Positions 13,211 to 24,810 of a stretch of 64,000 nucleotides of DNA are shown piece after piece. This DNA comes from Nemertoderma westbladi. Its lineage: Eukaryota > Animalia > Xenacoelomorpha. The position numbers and the translations under genes were made by a program. The number at the start of each line of letters is the position of its first letter. The first letter of the stretch is position 1. The stretch lies in contig JAUCBJ010008352.1 of the NCBI GenBank assembly GCA_032718475.1, positions 23,670-87,669 on the forward strand, in the 5' to 3' direction. The notes beneath the pieces are model-generated. The model was given only the letters and a program-made list of their open reading frames with translations. It made no database searches and was not told the DNA's origin.

Positions 13211-14431
13211 AAGAAATAAAGAGCTTGGCATGGCATTGGCGGCAAATCAAACACGCAAAGCTTTTACAAATTTTATAATTCTTAACTTAGTACAGTAAGC
13301 TTACTACTGTACATAAACATTATATTGTGTTGCAGCAAGTTTCTGGTCGGAATGGTCGGAATGGCTATGGGATAGTGAGTGTGGTAACAATCGAAGAGCT
13401 GTGACTCGTTTCTGTCACCCCATTGTGGGGTATACGGGATATCCAAACCAATGCGTTGGTAATGATAAAATCTGTCAGTATGTACCACCAGGTAAAGTAA
13501 TAAAATAAATGTATAAGTATTGGCCTACATGAAGTACTTAATTTATATACAAAATATCATTATACGTCTTTTATAAATCATTAAGAAGGATAATTAGTGG
13601 AGCGATAGTGCGAACAATAAATTAAATTACAATTATCCAATCAATCTTCCAAAAAGGCGGATAATAATAACTATTTCTTTTACAAAAAGAAAGTAACATT
13701 TATTCTTAAATTGTTACCTTTTCGCTCGAATATGCCCCAAAATCGGGAGAAAAAGTTAAACTTTTTTTCAAAAGTAAAATAAAATATTTTTGGTGGAGCA
13801 ATTGTTGAAGGAGCAACGATGTAGAAAAGGCTTGCTAGTAATTTCAGCAAAATCCATGCACGCCCACAAAAGATATTACAACGTTAGTGTTCGCGCTTTT
13901 AGACCTTTAGCAGTTTAACCTGCCAATTTTAGTTGTCTTCTTGTTTATAAATCGACTTTAGCCTAGGACAATTATTTAGTGTACTGAAGTTACATCCGCC
14001 AAAGCCAGTCTGTGCGCGATAATTCACCCACAGTTAAGGGAGACTGGATTCGGGTGCTTTGAAGTTATTGCGGCACAGACCTACTGTATTATTCGATTGA
14101 TCGTTAATGTATAATATCTGACAAATATATTTACTTTCGGGGAAATATTAATAGTTCCTTTAGGACGTGGCGCTTTAAGTATAAAAACAGAGTTATGACT
14201 TATACTAATCACAACTAGAAGGCTATAGAGTTTCGTAAATAGCGCATTCTTTAGGAGATGCTTTATTATCTGTTAAACTACTTCACACGACTTCCCACTA
14301 CTTCACACTACTGCACACTGATCTGCCGACCGTCACTGAACTTGATCATATATAAGGAAGATTGCAACGGACACTTATAGGGATTATGAAATAGCATTTA
14401 ATTCACACAAAAACCACTATAATGTAAGTTG

Positions 14432-15021
14432 CAGTTGCTACCGGTAACCTGTTCCTCTCACCTTCAGTAATCAAGAAGATTGGGGGTTTTATGATTATTC
14501 ATCGGTATTATCCAAATATATCAGCAATATACATCCATATAACAACAATTAATAATAGAAGTAAAATAATGCGGTGAACAATCAGTATGTGTTACGTAAT
14601 GCAAAGACCGTAAGTTAAATGCAGTTTTTGCAGTGTAGTTCTTCAGGTAGTTCTTCAGGTAATAGATTTACGTTCCTATAATCAAAGCCTTCAGATGTTC
14701 TTAGGCCAAAGTCTGAAACTTCCAAAACAGAAGTAACAGAAGATTTCAAGCCGGTTCTTAGGCTCAGAAAGGTAAACAAAGACCGTAATGCATTGCGCGG
14801 TTTTCCATAGGCCTCTGTACAACATAAAATGAAAATCGCTCTGATTGGCCGAATTAGGCAGAACAAAGAAAAGTTCCACGTTTACAGGAAATCAGCTGAC
14901 AGATTTCGTCATCTGAGCTCCATCTTTTAGAGTATTATGCGCATTGCGACAAAAATGACTTGTTATGTCCGCAAAAGCACCTACACTGCGCATTGAGGGG
15001 AAAAATGAAAAAGCTTTTACA
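14432..15021 (-). repeat. 3' LTR of element B
   Basis: Direct repeat of 26479-27045. Minus strand starts TGTAAAAGC, preceded by the purine tract gggagcgg (15022-15029). The other boundary is ambiguous (14432, 14436 or 14450). Confidence 0.85.
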
Positions 15022-15452
15022 CCGCTCCCAGAAAATGGGATTTAAGTCTATAAAATATAAAAAATCACAGTTTCTAAAATACAAAAATACTCTAAACAAT
15101 TAGTCCTTCTTACATGAACGGCGTTTATGAAGTTTTTTGAGGCTAGCAAGAGTCCTTTTCTCTTTGGGGCGAGCCACTTTACTAGGAGGGCTATAACTCC
15201 TGGGTGAGGGGTGCAATACAATTGCATCGGAAGGTTTCGGATTGCGGTCGGTGTATCCGCCGGTCGAGGTACCCGGTTGATCGATATCCACCTCAGTGGA
15301 ACGAGGTCGAACAACCTTTAGAGCGCGTTTTAAGACAGCAGCTCTTACTGGTCCCTGACGAGTCGTTTGCACGAGAGCGGTAGGTGGACCGTGAGTAGTG
15401 AGAAACTTCCTCGGTTTGATGTTCTTTCTAACTCGCGTTCTCGGGCTCTATA

Positions 15453-17291
15453 TTAATAGGGTCGTCTATGAACTTCCTGCAGTTCTGGATGTGAGTTGAT
15501 GAACAAGTCACCATATTCCGGGTCTTGACGAATGAAGTTGATCAAGTTATAGGAATTAAGGTCATTAGGATTGATGTTCCTGAGATACTTGCGAACAAAT
15601 TTGGTCGAAATATTCTCGCCAACACGCTTCATTAGCTCGTAGCTCGGTGTACGAGATTTTTGCTCAACGGAAGCAAAGAGATACGGGTGAAACGCATAAA
15701 CTCCTTCATAGGCACGTCCAGGGTAGTATCGATGACGTGACTCACAATGGAGATCCGCGTTAGCTTCCCAGGCTCGAATGTAGCGCAGGGCAACCATTTC
15801 ATCTACGCTTTCCAGATCTCGGTTGAAAGGGAAATCAAAACTTGCGTGTCCTTTAAACTGGCAATGATGGCATTGAGTCATAAATTGAGGGCAGACTGCG
15901 AAGATGTGTAAGTTATTGAGTCTACAATACGCACAATAGATCTCCATTGTGGGTTGATCTTGAAAGTAGGAGCAGGGTACGCTGGAGTCCACCGGGGTGA
16001 AATGGTCTCTCGATGCGCATAATTGGCAACGTTTCCTAGAAACATAGTTGACATGCCGATAATCGTATGCGGTGAGACATTGTGGACCTTGATACCATTC
16101 CAGGATGTAGTCGTTGTCATTGCTCGTGGGTGCTGTGGGTTGAATCTCCTCGGACTCTAAGCAAATTGGTTCGTCTTCCAATTGCATAGCTGAGATAGGT
16201 ATAGCTGTCTTCTCAAGCGAACCCACTGTTTGAACTTCCACGATAGAATAACCTGTGGGGATTCGGGGTCTTTGTATAACAGAGGAATGTAAATTCTGTA
16301 TACAAACGTCCTTGAAAATGGCGAATCCAGCGCTGTCTAACTTCTCAGCAGCTGAGTCTCTTAGGCTGAGCTTAGTCAGAGCGCGGTCCTTGAACTGACT
16401 ATCAACGTTACGGAACGGAGTCAGAAAGCGCCTAAAGCATTCGAAGCGGATGAATTTATTGTGTTCATCTAGCTTGGCGAGTTTGGTTCCAAGTAACAAG
16501 GGATGGGCGCGTATAGTACGACTGCACACATCGGCTAGCCAACCGGCAAGTGCGGCGTTCTCGAAGATAGTGTATATAGCTAATGAGGGACGAAGTGGAA
16601 CACTCATGAAGCTATAAACGACGCCAGGTGCGGTCAATGGTCCGTCGAAGTATAATCGAGAATAATGATCTCCATATACTTGTTGATAGTTGATAGGGTT
16701 TCCGACTTTGAAATTCCATCCGTATTCTTGAAAGGCAAGATGTCCAATGGAGGTTCGTTGTACTTTAGTGATGCCGCTGGATGTATTGGCATACATAGTG
16801 CGGAAGAAACCTCGGCCTTCTGCCCAGGGAGCAATCAGCTGGGTATCTACGAAAGGATATGGAATATTCTCCATGTTCCTGAAATCATTCTGGAGATCTC
16901 CATAAACAGCTGAGCCGATTTTAAGGATTCTTTCGTTAAACAACATCTCGAGCACTGGCTGGGTTAACATCGATCCATCTATACCCATGGCCGGTTTGCG
17001 CTCGGTATCGGTGACGTAACGCTGTGCGAGTTCGAATTGTCCATGTCGGAGTTTCTTTTGGATCTCGGTGAGGGTCTCAAAAGAATAATCGATCACGTCG
17101 GAACACGCTCGGGTAAACACATGGGTAGAACCAGCTAATCCACGTATGTGTATCATTCGCGTAGTTCCCAGTTCTCCAACCGGAACGCTACCTTCGTTAT
17201 CGTAAGTGACAACTCTATACATTTCGATAACTTTAAGAGTTTTGTTCAGTCTTTGGTGGCATTTTCTATGGTCATACCCACCGGATGCCAT
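15453..17291 (-). CDS. DEDDy 3'-5' exonuclease-fold (WRN/Mut-7/EXD-like) protein with C-terminal triple zinc knuckle
   Basis: ExoI VVTYDNEG (D31, E33); RMIHIRGLAGSTHVF; ExoII MLFNERILKIGSAVYGD (D132); FVDTQ; SIGHLAFQEYG; ExoIII PLTAPGVVYSFMS (Y226, Ser230 in place of Asp). C-term CQLC..H..C / CAYC...H....CP / CHHCQFKGH at 15840-16030. Confidence 0.75.
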   Translation of the reverse strand: MASGGYDHRKCHQRLNKTLKVIEMYRVVTYDNEGSVPVGELGTTRMIHIRGLAGSTHVFTRACSDVIDYSFETLTEIQKKLRHGQFELAQRYVTDTERKPAMGIDGSMLTQPVLEMLFNERILKIGSAVYGDLQNDFRNMENIPYPFVDTQLIAPWAEGRGFFRTMYANTSSGITKVQRTSIGHLAFQEYGWNFKVGNPINYQQVYGDHYSRLYFDGPLTAPGVVYSFMSVPLRPSLAIYTIFENAALAGWLADVCSRTIRAHPLLLGTKLAKLDEHNKFIRFECFRRFLTPFRNVDSQFKDRALTKLSLRDSAAEKLDSAGFAIFKDVCIQNLHSSVIQRPRIPTGYSIVEVQTVGSLEKTAIPISAMQLEDEPICLESEEIQPTAPTSNDNDYILEWYQGPQCLTAYDYRHVNYVSRKRCQLCASRDHFTPVDSSVPCSYFQDQPTMEIYCAYCRLNNLHIFAVCPQFMTQCHHCQFKGHASFDFPFNRDLESVDEMVALRYIRAWEANADLHCESRHRYYPGRAYEGVYAFHPYLFASVEQKSRTPSYELMKRVGENISTKFVRKYLRNINPNDLNSYNLINFIRQDPEYGDLFINSHPELQEVHRRPY

Positions 17292-19351
17292 AAGGTGGCG
17301 CGTTCGCTAGCATTAGGTAGATCGCTATACTTCAGATAATGTGTAGTATACGTCTCTACATCTCCATATCGCTGTATTCTCTCTTCCTCGAATAATACGT
17401 CGAGATTCCAATGGACTAATCGAGTTTTAATAAATCCATCGAGATTATATGGTGGAATTATATCCTTTTCTATTCTAGAAACATTATAAGGTTTTCTGAA
17501 TGAGTTTACTTTCACTAACTGATCCAGATGTTTCTGTAGTTGTTCGAGTTCAACAAGATCGAGGGGATTTAGCAGTGGTAGAAACCTCAAACTGTGTGTA
17601 GGATCTTCCGGTTTCACCATATAATATTGAGTTAGATTGACATAATAAGGATGGTCTTTGATCCCATAAAATGAGTTCGGTAAAGGTCTAGCGCGTAGGT
17701 TGACCTCGTGTACCATACGACGGACAAGATCCACTCGATTGTCCAGAGGTTCAATGAGTATACCGTCGACACGAGCGGCCTCGATTGGTGGACGTTGTAA
17801 CATAGGTGCGTCAGCGATAAGATCTCGAGATCTTAGGTTGATATCAACTGGTTGGGGTTGTACCGTGGCGAAGAGTTTGTCTCCGAAATGGGGAAACATC
17901 GAGGGATGAATGATGGTTTTAGAATAGAGATCAGTCATAAGGATTTGAGCTTCTGGTTGGGCTAAAGCTGCTTCTTCTCTCTCGTCTATTTCGATGTGCT
18001 TCTCCTCGAGCTGATTTTCCTCCGCTTGTCGTTGGAAGTGTTCGTCCAAAAACTCTTGCAGAGAATAGGTTCGCCCAAGTTCGATGTCTTCCTCGAGGTT
18101 CTGCATTTCTCGATCAAACTGGGGTAAGGCCAATTCCTTTACTGCTTGGACTTGCTGCTGCAATTTATGTTTATCTAAACAATCGTAAATTCCTTTTCCG
18201 ATCTTTTGCCGAATAGCATCTAACGCGTTTCGTACAACGCTCTCCTCGACTTCGGTGACGGGTTGTATCGGGGTTAAACCGGGACGATTATACGGGTTGA
18301 ACAGAGATATTAAATGTCCGCGTCCCAATCCGGCTAGGTAGAATGGGTGAATATCTAGAGAGCCCACTACTGGAGTGCCACCGATTAATTGTTTGGGTAA
18401 CACTAGATCTTTGAACAGTGAGTACAGTTCGGGAGGATCCGTGATACTATTAGGATCAAGAGTCTGAGGTCTCACCAGGGAATGAGGAGGTCTGACCGAG
18501 TATTCCGGAACTCTGATCATCGGTTTATTTAAGGATCGTTTGAGTCGAGCGAGCGTAGGTGATAGGTCGAACAAGTTTCGCTTGAAACTCCCGTAAGTAC
18601 AGCGAGTAAAACTGTGTTTAGCGCAACGTCTCCGCAGATGTTTATGTCTTTCCGTTTGTTGGTTGGGTCTAGGGCATTCATCGCAATAATACCAAAGACG
18701 CACGTCTTGTAAGGGAAACGCGGGTGATCTTTCTCCAGTTTTACAATATTCCTCCATCTGTTCGAAGCTATCCGGTATAACAGGTAGCGGTCGATCGGCG
18801 GTAAGATACATCATAGTGAAATAGAGTCATTTGAGTTCTATCATAGGGTCATGATGTATACCTTGAGGATATCGAGTTTCTAGATTTTGTTGACTGGCTA
18901 CATTGAGATATGTTTCTCTCAAGAATTCTAAATATTCATTGAAGTCACTGCGTTTATCCGGCTCTTCAACGTCTTCTCTTTCAAGTCGGTTTCGAATAGA
19001 ATTTTCGTGTTCGATTCTCAGTTTATTGTTCCGACTCCGCTGGGTATGATATTTAAATAGAATCATTTCCCTTTCGGTGTCTACATCGTCCGTATCGTAT
19101 AAATCGATAGGATGACCAGTAGTTAAGAAGTCCATATACGTACCATTACGATGCGTATAGCGAGCGGTGAATTTTCTATAGTCCAATTCATGCGTGAGCT
19201 GTTCCTTTGACATTGGCATTTCGATATAACGGCCATCGTCCTCCGTAGTGGGTTGACTAGCATCGCCGCGTATTAAACTATCAACAAATGCTTGCAATGG
19301 TAGGGTATATCGCTCCCTGATACCAAGATCATCTTCTATCAACTCAGTCAT
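17246..19351 (-). CDS. Unknown cargo protein(s), 174 aa + 522 aa in the same frame separated by one TGA; probable N-terminal part of the exonuclease protein
   Basis: ORFs 18827-19351 and 17246-18814 are in one frame (offset 537 nt). Contains a Cys/His cluster CDEC...H...C..H...C and an acidic coiled-coil. Overlaps the start of the 612-aa ORF by 46 nt. Confidence 0.6.
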
Positions 19352-21199
19352 AGCTGCTATATGAGTTTATCGATATTATAATTAATTATATTTAGGCTAG
19401 CGGTCGTCGCTGCCTCCCCCTCAATGCCCCCGGACAGAGCAAGATCCTCAGCGCTGATGTACTGTCATCGCTGTGCCTCTCGCCAATGTAGTAGCTACAC
19501 AACGACAACAATAACCAGCGCGAGTCACTCCACTGTCCGTCCCAAGGGCTTAGAATTACTTCAAGTTCTTGCTACAGAGGTAGGGCAACTTTCACAACTG
19601 CGACTCGCTACTGTAAACACACTTTAGTAGTAACATTCACCTATAAACGCACAAATTCCACACAACTGTCACAAATTGTACACATTCGGGCCATTTGTCC
19701 GTTAGTCAAGTGCCTTCCAGAATGCCACGTTATTATTATGTATCCCTGGATACTAACAGTGTGCTATTTATTCCATATGCTATTCAATGGGGCGAGCTTT
19801 CTATTGTTCTTTTAACTCGCTTCTAATTCTAGCGTGGTTGTTGCTATGGTGACATTATGGAAAGCTAGCAGTAGAATTAGGGTAATTCTCATGCATACAG
19901 ATCTGGGATGCTATTTTTAATAGTAATTCTTTAATTGTCAATATTCCCCTTTATACATGATTTTATGAATTTTATTGGCTATTGACTATATATTGGAGAT
20001 TCTCGCACAGTAATATACTTAATAGGGTGAATCTCCGCTCCCATGATCTATTAATTAATTGAATTTTGGGAATGTTATAAATTGTATAAAATGACAATTT
20101 ATCAAATTCATGAGAGGATATGAATTTAAATTTATTCCCATAAATTTTATTATTTAATATTAAAATAAACACAATTTATTTCCAGAACATGTCTGGGAAC
20201 TAGGATCCTTAATTCTAGGAAATTTGTCTTTTTAAGAGTATCGGTAAGTGCTACGATATCTTAATCGCCTAGAATTTTAAAGGATCTGAATTTTAACAGA
20301 TTTGGATTTATAGATTTTCTTGGTTTACAACTCCTTAGAGTTTATTTGTCTGCATTTACTCTATTATAACATTTGTTTTAATAGATTTTTATAAATATTA
20401 AATATTTAATATTTAAGATGGGCACCGATTTATTCCAGAATATGTCTGGGGACGTTAACCACTGATCAAGTTCCGGTGCAAGTTCCGCAAACAATACTGA
20501 CTAGCTCGAAAGCTAGTAACCACTTACCAGTCACTGTACACGTGTACTCAACAGATGCTCATGAAATCAAGTACACAATGGTAAACACAAAATCGGACAC
20601 ATACCATGCACACACAGAGGACATAATCGGGAAAGACGAATCGGTGACAAAATCAGAGGGGACAAAATTGTATCGACTGATAAAAGAGTCGAGAGTACCT
20701 TATTTTGCCGTCAGGGCAAAATAACTTTGTGTGCACAAAGTATGCTGGGGCGCAGTAAAGATATGGTCCTACTAATAACCAGCGGCGACTGAACCAACCG
20801 GCAAGGTTTCCCACACTCACTCGCAGTGGCCATACACATACACACGTATACCACGTACCTACAGCAACAGAAAGCTCAAGCCAACTGTCACTGATCGTCC
20901 ACACACAAACCACAGATTCCAGAGTATCATTCACTCGGACCACACTACAACACCACCCCCTCCTTGCAGCAGATATTCCAGGTGCTACCTCCATTCCAAT
21001 AGTTGTACCAACAGAATCATCAGAATCCTGCCCATTCTGATGCAACACCTCCATTCCAATAGTGCGACCCTGGGAAAAGACACGTTTCGGCAACCGATCG
21101 GAGACAGCAAAGAGTCTGGTCAACTCATACATACCAAACATAGACCTACCACATAGACCACATAGACCACAGATCATACCAAGCCACCACCCCTACTGT

Positions 21200-24100
21200 A
21201 TACAGGACTAGCAGTACGGCAACAGGCCGACTAGACGGTACCACGGCACCATGTTGATTCATGGTTCGCAAGACAAAAGGGCCTTCAGTAACTCCCTTGC
21301 ACTATAGAAAGGATTTAACGTGCCCCCAGACCCTCACGAGTCCGCCGCCGCCTGTTTTAGGCACCCCTATAGAGACCTCACCTCTTTAGGTACCTTACTT
21401 TCAGAAGTCTTCTCTCTAGACTGTTTTAGGAGTTGTAATCTTACCTCTCTGTTTAAGAATGACAGAAGGTCTGTCATGGTTGGATCTCTATGTTGTTGGT
21501 CCATCAAATAGAGAACCTTTTTGTCCCAGCGAGTACCTACTCCATCCTTTAGCAAAGTTGATGCTAAGGCTCCTACAACCATAGAATTCTGGTATTCATG
21601 AGACTTACCCAACCAGTCTAACTGTATACAGATTTCCTGAATCTCGTCGGAAAACTCTATAATCCTGCTGCTAAGAAACTTTCGGGGCGCCATTAATTTC
21701 GCATACAGATACCTAGCTATGTTAGTCCTATTACCATACCTGATGTTTAGCGTATCCCAAACTTGTCTTAATCCATCTGGATGTCCAATAAACTTTAACG
21801 CCATTAACTTGGGAGGTCCTTCCAAGCACTCGATGAGGAATCTAAGTTTCTCTCCGTTGGATAGTACATAGTTCTGTATGTTATCTTTATAATATTCATT
21901 AAAAGGTAACCATTTCATCTCATCTCCATTGAACTTGACGACCTCTCCTACCTTTACCGTTTGATGGGCTTCGGTTCTAGCCATTTGACGCGTAAAACTT
22001 TCTTGGGCCATCGTATTATTTAATATCGAGTTATCGGTATATAAATTTCTCGGATTATGATCAGGTCGATATGGAATATCATTATCAACAGGTTTATAAT
22101 TACCCTTAATAGGTTTACTATAGGAGTTTCTACTTCACTAGCAGTATAGATGCGTGTAGGCTCCACACCTTGCGCATGAAATACTTCAGACCTAACAGGT
22201 TGACACATTGTTACAGGTGGTGGTGGTATACCCTTTTGTATATTTACTAATTTATCGCATTCTAACGCGATACTCTGCTGCACTTCTTGCAACTCTAACC
22301 TACTCTCTCTTACTGTTCCCTTTAACTGCTGAACAGTCCCTTCCAACTCTCAGACCTGCTGGGAGGAACGTAAACGATGTTCCTCCAGTTGCCCGAGCAG
22401 GAGATCCATCCCTCGCCGTCCCTCATCCACCCACTCTACTGCCGAAGCGGGAGCCACCAACATAGTAGCGGGTAGACGAGGGACGACGTGCGACAAATTG
22501 TTGATGTCTTGCTCGGCGTCCTGGACCGGGATTGATTCAGGGGCTGTTCTACTGGGCATAGGTATTTTAGTACTGTGCAAAGGGAATTTAGAGTTAGGTT
22601 CCGGAAGTACAGGTTCTCTATCACAGAGGGAGTGGCTCCGAGAACAGGCCTAATTATTTCAGGCTCATCTACTATAGTAGGGAGTCTGTCTACTCTAATA
22701 ATTTGGTCAGTGATCTCTTGATTACCTAAGTCTACACTAGCCAGTTGCCTTCTCACCGCAGGAGGTAAATTAGGTAACTTCTGATGGTGTATCGTTCTTC
22801 TACGTCTGCTTGAACGAGATTTATTACCTCTACCTTCGGGATCTGTTGTATCACCCTCATCGGAGGAGGTAAATCCCTGTCTTCTGGGAGTAGATCGACT
22901 CAGTAACTGCATCTGAGTAGCTGTCCTTTGTTTCTTCAAGTAATCTTGTTTCGCCTGAAGGTTCTCCAGCACTAGTTGGGTAGTCGCTTCAGATGCCCTC
23001 AGTTCTGCTTCTGCCACTGCCGCCTTTCTTTCAGCTTCTGCAGCTAACGCCTTCCTCTCAGATTCTGCCGCTGCTGCTGCCTCTGCAGCTTTTCTTTCAG
23101 CCTCTGCAGCTGACACCTTCCTCTCAGATTCTGCCACTGCTGCTGCCTCTGCAGCTTTTCTTTCAGCCTCTGCATCTGACGCCTTCCTCTCAGATTCTGC
23201 TGCTGCTGCTGCTGCTGCTGCTGCCTTTCTTTCAGATTCCGCAGCTGCTGCTGACCTTCGGTCTTCTATTTGTCGTTTCTTTAATTGTTCTTCTTGATCC
23301 ATTGCTATGAGGATGCTTTCATCAAATTTAGCCTGCTCCGCGGCTAATATTTCTGCATCTAATGAGTCCAACACAAATTTGGCTCCCTCACTATTAGGAT
23401 GAAGTCCAGCTAGCTGTCTCCTTAGCTCTTTGTCACCTATAAATCGTTGATAGTCCGACAGATAGATGTCAATAGCATCCTTCTTCTGAGGTTTTTCGGA
23501 TGTAGCTTCGCCTTCCACTTGAGAAAAGGTAGCATCTGTTGATTCTCCGTGGGTCGCGCGCTCAGTTAGCTGAACTTTCCATTGTGTCGTTCCCTGGACT
23601 TTAAGACTCACCCGTTGGAACCAAGTCTTTACGGCTGCTTATAACGATATGTCTTGGCTTCTCTTCGAGGCTTCCTCAAAGGCTGAAAGGATTAGCCTGA
23701 TCCATAAGATTCGTTCTCGCACTTGATAAAGCAGCTCTCCCTGCTCTTGAGGTCCTTGACATTGTTGAAACAGGTGTTCCTCTAATCGCTCCAAAGAGCT
23801 GAAGAATCCCTGGACATATCCTGCTGCTGACCTCTTCCACACAGCTGGATCTCGAGTGTCTCTTACTACTCCCATCCTGTGTAAGTCCTCCCAGGCAGCT
23901 TCCGATAAGTTAAACGGGAGTCCGGGTCCGGGGAAGTTCCATTGCGCCTCGACAATAGACCTTAATTCCTCCATCGTGTAGCCCGCATAACTGTTCTTGG
24001 TCTATCGCTTACTTCTCGCCCAATCGATTTGATGTTCTTCCACAGTGATCAATACTCTAGGGAGTACGGCTCCAGGAAGAATTAGAAGTGGATCAGGATA

Positions 24101-24433
24101 AACCGCTTCTGCCATCCTTGCTCCAATCTCGGGTGTCAACTCTACAGTGTCTGAACTACTGGAGTTATCGGGCTGTTGAGAAATAAGTTCTCGGTTCGGG
24201 TGCTGCTGCTGTTTAACAGCTGCCTCTTGGTCCCGCTTGACTTGAGCCCTAGTGCCTATAATAGACTTATGGTGCTTTACTAGCCTACGGTCTGACACTA
24301 CTACTGTAGGGATGACCTTTCTTACAGTAGGAGGGGACTTGGACTTCGGTCTCAGATTTTCTATACTCCTATCTGTGTCACAGACGGTTCTTTCTAGGAG
24401 ACTATCTGACAGTGTTTGCTTTGTGTCAGCCAT
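21200..24433 (-). pseudogene. gag: gag of element B with premature stops/frameshifts
   Basis: ORFs 24002-24433, 23639-23974 and 22436-23611 share a frame, separated by single stops. AEAERKAA repeats; DUF1759-like 21367-22011 (KFNGDEMKW...EKLRFLIECLEGPP...LNIRYG); degenerate knuckle PFCLANHESTWC at ~21250-21285. Confidence 0.8.
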
Positions 24434-24559
24434 GATATATATTGCAGTTGAATGCCTACTACTATAACGACAGTTAAAGTAAGTCTAGTAATTCAGTATC
24501 AACTGTAAGCCTAGTAATTAATTACCGATACCGTTACTCTGTGTAACGTGATATATGAT

Positions 24560-24810
24560 ATATATTAAAATACCGGTATACTTATAGGATATATAATTAT
24601 TACAGACTAGGATTAGTCACAGAATACCGGTATATAATTTCAGCCTAAATTTATATAAATGTATATAATAAGCCTACCGTGAATACCGGTATACACCTAT
24701 AGTATATATAAGTATTATTACAGACTAGGATTAATCACAGAATACCGGTATATAATTTCAGCCTAAATTTATATAATGTATATAATAAGCCTACTGTAAA
24801 TACCGGTAAT
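24560..24810. repeat. ~118-bp duplication with repeated ataccggtat palindromes in leader of element B
   Basis: cagactaggatta.tcacagaataccggtatataatttcagcctaaatttatata occurs at ~24603 and ~24721. Confidence 0.75.

Noticed and set aside
15453-19351. Envelope glycoprotein or endogenous RNA-virus gene
   Set aside because: No signal peptide, transmembrane helix or fusion-protein cysteine pattern. Motifs fit a DEDDy fold plus knuckles instead.
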